DNA from: Devosia sp.
Lineage (GTDB): Bacteria; Pseudomonadota; Alphaproteobacteria; Rhizobiales; Devosiaceae
Assembly (NCBI GenBank): GCA_029256605.1
Contig: JAQSXP010000001.1
Location: forward strand, 1 to 62,651
Direction of reading: 5' to 3'
Length of the DNA: 62,651 nucleotides
In this document: positions 57,799 through 62,651 of the stretch, piece by piece
Numbering within the stretch: position 1 is the first letter of the stretch
Layout: every line of letters starts with the position of its first letter
Translations under genes and position numbers: made by a program
Notes under the pieces: generated by a model
What the model was told of the DNA's origin: nothing
What the model saw: the letters and a program-made list of their open reading frames with translations, nothing else
Database searches by the model: none

Positions 57799-58149
57799 CT
57801 ACGCAGCTAGAGGGTGCCGGGTCGTCAAAACGACGGGCAGCCAATGAAGCTTCTTGGATTTGCCTTGAAGCTGCGCCAGCGTTCGAGCGATAGGGAGCTT
57901 CAGTCCGCCTCCTTGCGAGAGGTAGAAGATAGGATCCACCGGGTAGTAGAAAATCTTGCTCTCATTGCGGAGTTCAAAAATCGCCTGCACGGCTTCTTTG
58001 CTAATCCCGTCCCAGAAGTAAACATTTTCAGTTGCGGACAAGCTATGCTCTCCTGAAATTTCTAACATGGCCTCAATATCCACAAAGGTGAGTGCGCCAT
58101 TTTCTGTTACTTTGGCCAAAATGGCCGACTTCATGTCTCCGGTATTCAT
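57799..58149 (-). CDS. PICI/SaPI pathogenicity-island protein (Ppi-like)
   Basis: TFVDIE, ENVYFWDG, YL.QG..LKLPIA and HWLPVVL resemble the SaPI family as recalled from memory; backbone position. Confidence 0.55.
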   Translation of the reverse strand: MNTGDMKSAILAKVTENGALTFVDIEAMLEISGEHSLSATENVYFWDGISKEAVQAIFELRNESKIFYYPVDPIFYLSQGGGLKLPIARTLAQLQGKSKKLHWLPVVLTTRHPLAA

Positions 58150-58335
58150 GAGAAGTTCCTTTCTCGACTGTTGCAATGGTCAGCAGGCGTCTGCCTCGGA
58201 AGCGGTGTGCCGAGGTTGGCTTCTGTTGGGTTCTAAAGTGAAGGCTCGTTAGCAGCTGCGCCGAGCTACACGCCTACGAGAGGTTTTGCCGACAACGTGA
58301 ACGTTGTTCTTCCAACGCGTAGTCAGCCCTTTCCT

Positions 58336-58563
58336 CTAGCGCGCGGAGACATCATTCACGTTTGATGGCGAGGTGGCACGGTCGCGTGAAGCCTTCACTC
58401 GCTGGGCGAGGAAGGCATCAAGCTCATCGCGCATGAACACCTTCACCTTTCCCGATACTGTCACCAGTGAAGGAAGCTCGCCTTTTTTCAACATGTCATA
58501 GCCCTTTGTTGGCTTTACCCCAATGTATTCAAAGCCAGCGCGGGGCCGGAGTGCTTGCTGCAT
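58336..58563 (-). CDS. AlpA/excisionase-like HTH protein
   Basis: Short basic protein, GV....YDMLKKGELP...V.F..DELDAFL; AAGGAG RBS. Confidence 0.75.
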   Translation of the reverse strand: MQQALRPRAGFEYIGVKPTKGYDMLKKGELPSLVTVSGKVKVFMRDELDAFLAQRVKASRDRATSPSNVNDVSAR

Positions 58564-58787
58564 TTCCATTCTCCTTCGGTTGAGCTCGCAAGAATTCGCG
58601 AACACTCAGTAGTTGGCGCGCAAATCGGAGAAAGGCAATGCATATGGACTGTAATGCAGCCCTCACAGATCTTATATTATTGTGTAGCAGTGCCGAAGTT
58701 CACGTTTGTAACTCTGTCAGCAGCGCATTGTTTGCCGTCGCTCTGGTGCGAACAACCTGAGGCCTTTCAGGGCCGCTGCGTTTACTA

Positions 58788-59050
58788 AGGGTCAAACCCA
58801 ATTAGCGCTCCGCTCCGCCGCGCCCTGCGCCAGACTGGCGCATTTCCCGTCATCCCACGCGGTCCAGCCGCAAGCAGAAGATCCGGTACGATCGCGAACG
58901 CTACAAAGGGAGGCTCATCGAGAACGCCTTCTGCTGGCTCAAAGACTTCCGCCGTGTCGCTACGCGCTACGATAAGCTCGCCGCCAACTTCCTCTCAGGC
59001 GTCGCCCGCGCTACCGCCTTGGCTTTCTGGTTGTGATTGAGTCTGGCGCC
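58788..59050 (+). mobile_element. Internally deleted IS5-family element
   Basis: Transposase C-terminus IENAFCWLKDFRRVATRYDKLAANFLS; imperfect 15-bp IRs (10/15); TA on both sides. Confidence 0.8.
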
Positions 59051-60408
59051 TAATTCGGTTCGTCTGGGGGGATCACCATCCTGCCCACACCGCCGCCAAC
59101 GCTGTTCCGTTTAGTCCAAATGTCAGACCTCACAAAATGCAGATGCACTTCGTTGCTGACTCTCTCTCGGTAGCTGGGATCCTGTCGCCAGTGCCACAGG
59201 GTGCCTGTCGAACAATCAACACTCAGCGCGAGATCTTCGGCCGGAATCGCCCAGTCCCACCGCTTCTTTCGCAATCGCCTCGACCGCTCTTCGGCAGATA
59301 GGTACTGAAACGCAGCGATCATCGCTGCTGCGTCTTGCGAGCATGCCTCTAAGAAGCTGCCGAGCAGCTTGATTTGTGAGCGCTCAGCAACGCTCTGGGC
59401 ATGACCGGAAAGCCCAAGAGCCAGCCCGACATCGCGGCTCGAAGATATGACGTAGCGAACGATTTCTTTCGCGGGCAGAGGTTGGCCGAGTTCCCCGATC
59501 AGGTCTAGTTGACAGATCAGGGCTGTCAGAAATTGCCCCGATGGAGGCTCATTGTGGAGCGACTCGTAAAGGGCTGCTTTGAAGAGGTCGACCCGAGGTT
59601 GCACCGGTAGATACTCCTGTTGAGGCCGCCGCCGGTCAGACCCTCTATCCGGCCTGGTCACCGTGAGATCCGTGGCGTCGATTTCGGGAACGCGCCCCAC
59701 ACCTAGCGGGAAGAAATAGTCCTGATTTGCATCAGCGTACTTCGCGAGACACGCCGACCATTTGCCAATTGTATGGGTTGCGACCCCCATCTCGGCTGCA
59801 AGTGTGCGGTTCTTGATGCCTGGGCAGGCCTTCCGACGGCGAGCGGTGTCGATAAGCTTGGCCCAGCGCGTTACGTCCGGAAGGCCAAGGCACTCCCTAA
59901 TCGCTTTCGCGGGGACCACTTGTTTCCTGAGTCCACTGCCATCATCGAACTCGTGCCAGGTCACAAGCTCGAGCACGCAGGCAAGTACCTGGAGGAGGGA
60001 TGGAGGCAAGGGTAACCGCCGTTCTGTATGCCATTGGCATGCGAGGTACATGCGGCTGTTCACAAGCGCCAAAGAGGGCACTCCCTCTCCGGTTGACCTC
60101 GGATGTTCGCGGGAAGCGCAGTCCTCAATCCATCGCCTTGCGGTCTCACTGGTCCGCTCTTCCCGACTAACTCGTCGGGTCTTGGCCGCGTTGGCTACGT
60201 GTTTTTCGAACTCCGAGCGAGGTCTGTTCTCTCGTCCTCTCCATCTCAATCTGTCGAGTTTCTCTTCGAGTTGGTCAGGCGAGGCGGGAGGTTCGGGAAC
60301 TTCGGGCCTATAATTAGCCTCAGCCGCGACTGTCGTTTCCTCGAACCAAGTCGAAATCTCGAAGGGCAGTTTGTCGGAGCCCAGATTGAGGAGCTGGCGC
60401 ATTTTCAT
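59050..60408 (-). CDS. Hypothetical protein with two repeated HTH-containing units
   Basis: Start overlaps the int stop (ATGA); HTHs NRTLAAEMGVATHTIGKW and AEDLALSVDCSTGTLWHW. Confidence 0.7.
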   Translation of the reverse strand: MKMRQLLNLGSDKLPFEISTWFEETTVAAEANYRPEVPEPPASPDQLEEKLDRLRWRGRENRPRSEFEKHVANAAKTRRVSREERTSETARRWIEDCASREHPRSTGEGVPSLALVNSRMYLACQWHTERRLPLPPSLLQVLACVLELVTWHEFDDGSGLRKQVVPAKAIRECLGLPDVTRWAKLIDTARRRKACPGIKNRTLAAEMGVATHTIGKWSACLAKYADANQDYFFPLGVGRVPEIDATDLTVTRPDRGSDRRRPQQEYLPVQPRVDLFKAALYESLHNEPPSGQFLTALICQLDLIGELGQPLPAKEIVRYVISSSRDVGLALGLSGHAQSVAERSQIKLLGSFLEACSQDAAAMIAAFQYLSAEERSRRLRKKRWDWAIPAEDLALSVDCSTGTLWHWRQDPSYRERVSNEVHLHFVRSDIWTKRNSVGGGVGRMVIPPDEPN

Positions 60409-61589
60409 TCCACACCTGCTGTAACGTACTGACCCCACGCTTCCATCAACGCACGTCGCCTCTCCAAGGCATCCCCGCGTCGATAGGCTCGCTCCGTTGC
60501 ATCCCCCACCACATGCGCAAGGGCTGCTTCAGCGATCTCTGAGGCAAAGTCCGTTTCCTCGCCAACCCAGTCGCGGAACGACGAGCGGAACCCGTGTACC
60601 GTGACTTCCACCTTCATGCGCCGCAACTGCATCGCCAGTGCCATGCTCGAGAGCGGACGCCTGACGCTGCTACCGGGGAACAGGTAAGGGTTGTCACCGC
60701 GCAAGGGCCCAACTGCATCGAGGATCTCGAGCATCCGATTCGTGATCGGGACGCGATGAGGGCGCCCGGCCTTCATCCTGTCCGCGGGAATGGTCCAGAC
60801 CTTTGCGTCCCGGTCGACCTCGCCGAGGCGAGCGCCAAGCGTTTCGCCGCTGCGGCATGCCGCAAGGATCGTCCACTCAAGGGCAAGCGCAGAAGAACTG
60901 CTTAAGCTTCGGAGGCGCGCAGCAAAGGCCGGAACCTCAGGGTAGGGGAGGGCCTTGTGGTGCCCCCGTGTCAGCTTCTGTCGCTTGGGCAGGAGCTTGT
61001 CTAGGTGACCACGCCAGCGGGCCGGATTCTCGCCGGTGCGGAGCCCTTTTGCCTTAGCCGCATCCAACACGCGCTCGATGCGTCCTCGCAGCCGAGAGGC
61101 AGTTTCGGCCTTGGTGGTCCAGAGCGGGGTGAGACAGGCAAGCACCTCATGAGTTCCGATCGCATCAAGAGGCAGGTTGCGGATTGGAGCGGCATATACT
61201 GTGAGGGTCATCTTCCATTGCGCCTTGTGTTTGGCGTTCCGGAAGCCTGACTCCATCGTGGCAACAAGCTCATCGGCAAAGCTGCCAAACGTGTGCTCCG
61301 GCGCTTCACGTTCCGATTGAGCTAACTTGCGAGCATGGATCGGGCTAACCCCTTCGCGCACCAGCCGACGCGCATCGATCACTGCCTCACGTGCATTCGC
61401 TAGGCTGACATCACTGAGGCGGCCGAGCCCCATCTCGGTGCGTTTGCGCTGCCATTGAAAGATGAAGGACCAGCGCTTTGAACCCCGGCTGTCGACCACG
61501 AGATAGAGGCCGTCACCGTCAGCGTGCAAGCCTGGCTCAGTGATCGTTGCGACCGCGCGTGCGGACAATCTTTTAGAGACGCGAGCCAT
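60405..61589 (-). CDS. int: P4-like tyrosine integrase
   Basis: Arm-binding DGDGLYL domain; catalytic R (CRSGE), K (RMKAG), HGFR, LAH and Y (RAY) intact. Confidence 0.95.
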   Translation of the reverse strand: MARVSKRLSARAVATITEPGLHADGDGLYLVVDSRGSKRWSFIFQWQRKRTEMGLGRLSDVSLANAREAVIDARRLVREGVSPIHARKLAQSEREAPEHTFGSFADELVATMESGFRNAKHKAQWKMTLTVYAAPIRNLPLDAIGTHEVLACLTPLWTTKAETASRLRGRIERVLDAAKAKGLRTGENPARWRGHLDKLLPKRQKLTRGHHKALPYPEVPAFAARLRSLSSSSALALEWTILAACRSGETLGARLGEVDRDAKVWTIPADRMKAGRPHRVPITNRMLEILDAVGPLRGDNPYLFPGSSVRRPLSSMALAMQLRRMKVEVTVHGFRSSFRDWVGEETDFASEIAEAALAHVVGDATERAYRRGDALERRRALMEAWGQYVTAGVE

Positions 61590-61595
61590 ACTGCA

Positions 61596-61720
61596 CCCTA
61601 AATCCAACCCTAAACGTTGAACCGGATTGTAGTGTGCGGCAACGAACAGCAACAGACACTAAGGCTTCTGAAACTCTATATTTTGCTCAAAGAAACGAAC
61701 CATAGCGAACAGCAGTGAAC
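61596..61720 (+). promoter_or_regulatory. Putative arm-type and directionality-factor binding sites (right)
   Basis: CCCTAAA x2 (61596, 61608); YGAAC x3 with a 10-bp period (61696, 61706, 61716). Confidence 0.55.
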
Positions 61721-61727
61721 CCATACT

Positions 61728-61748
61728 TGGCGGACTTCCTCTCCGCCA
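61728..61748 (+). repeat. attR core
   Basis: TGGCGGA-CTTCCTC-TCCGCCA; the last 14 bp equal the tRNA-Ser 3' end. Confidence 0.9.
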
Positions 61749-62368
61749 CTTACCCTGGCTTGAGGTGTTGATTTAGCGTAGCTTTTCTGTTGCTGCTTAA
61801 CGTAAACCTCATTGTACCCCACATAACGACTGCGTGCGCTTGTATGCAGTTGCACGTGGAAAGACGATTACGACCGCTATCACCGAGTCGGGGTAGCTGT
61901 GCGCAACCATTGGTGTCTCCGCAGATATGGCGCTCCTGACGATACTGGTCTCCTTGACCCCGCTTTTTGACTAACATGTTTTCTCTAGATTGGTCTGCGC
62001 GGGCGACAAACACAGCTCGGATGGCTGCCCCTCAAAGGACGAAACCCCTTGCCCTTAGCGAGTTATTCCGCTTCGAAGAGCAGGATTAGTTTGGCAGCGC
62101 CTGCTCGCTCGGGCTTTCACTTGCTCGACACCGTCCGCAATATCGACAGCTACGATCCGGTCGAGTAAACCCACATCTGCGGCCCCGGCCACATGGACCA
62201 TGCCCATAAGAATAATGAGTTCGTCGATATCGCTCAGCTTCAACGCTGCAGAGAATTTCTGATGAGGGTGTTGGACTCGATTATATCTGAAGACTTATTT
62301 CTCTCTTGAGAGACGCCAATACGCTGTACGGATCACCTGAATTGCTCGCTAGACAGCTCTGATCGAAA

Positions 62369-62418
62369 GGCAGCTTTTAGGAAGTCTTCAGCCGCGGTCA
62401 AATGACCGCACTGGGCCG
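62369..62418 (-). repeat. Junction repeat copy 9 (inverted, outside attR)
   Basis: GGCAGCTTTTAGGAA matches the reverse complement of copy 3 at 14/15; AATGACCGCACTGGGCCG matches copy 5 at 14/18. Confidence 0.55.
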
Positions 62419-62651
62419 CCTTGCAGAAGCCGTCTCAATCAGTGGCGGCCCACCGGCGACTGATTTCAAACGTTAAGGTCGCTGTTCAGAAACTCAGGCT
62501 CGTCCTCGGCCCCGATGGTGTGGAACGAGGCCGGTTTTTGCTGACGAATCCGGCCAAGAGAACACCACGCAGACAAGGGCCGGCATCAGGCTCCACGTGC
62601 CGCAAATGACGCACATCGGCGTCTGCCATTGATGAGCAGGTCGTGCTCGAG

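Larger units (their letters stand above)
3561..61748. mobile_element. ~58-kb tRNA-Ser-integrated genomic island with decayed phage-satellite backbone
   Basis: 14-bp direct repeat at both ends, tyrosine integrase beside the right repeat, AlpA/Prim-Pol backbone, pseudogenes, mosaic cargo. Confidence 0.9.

Noticed and set aside
58988-58996. CTTCCTCTC partial match to the att core
   Set aside because: Only 9 bp and inside the IS transposase remnant; chance match
4455-62418. Junction repeats as a CRISPR array or classical integron attC sites
   Set aside because: Kilobase, irregular spacing and degenerate copies; no cas genes; no clear RYYYAAC/GTTRRRY ends; the integrase is P4-type rather than IntI

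Overview
The window looks alphaproteobacterial (Devosia/Rhizobiales-like; inferred from gene content and style, not from a search). The first ~3.5 kb is core chromosome: a molybdopterin oxidoreductase 3' end, TauE, a glyoxalase-superfamily gene, GST, DUF2147 and tRNA-Ser(GCT). Almost everything else is one ~58-kb island integrated in that tRNA. The 14-bp tRNA 3' end CTTCCTCTCCGCCA (3561-3574) recurs at 61735-61748 beside a P4-type tyrosine integrase. The right end is a decayed phage-satellite (PICI/P4-like) backbone: int, a duplicated-HTH protein, an internally deleted IS5, an AlpA-like gene, a protein resembling staphylococcal SaPI Ppi, a truncated Prim-Pol/PriCT-2 gene and a G-run iteron origin. 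The cargo is a series of catabolic modules: four sugar-acid dehydratase/ABC modules including a non-phosphorylative rhamnose-type pathway, a DeoR-BtpA-SIS-PfkB module and an N-heterocycle amidohydrolase module. It also carries defence-type genes: Shedu, an MtlR-family HEPN and a TPR-like/HEPN protein. The most unusual signals are non-coding. (1) A ~440-nt minus-strand RNA unit (promoter, tRNA-CAT with broken acceptor stem, G-U-rich hairpins, a tmRNA-TLD-like 115-nt element, terminator) sits between Shedu, a type-I-toxin-like peptide and the HEPN gene. (2) A degenerate ~25-65-bp repeat family lies in the same orientation at most module junctions, like cassette boundaries. All family assignments come from motif recognition by eye; no searches were run.
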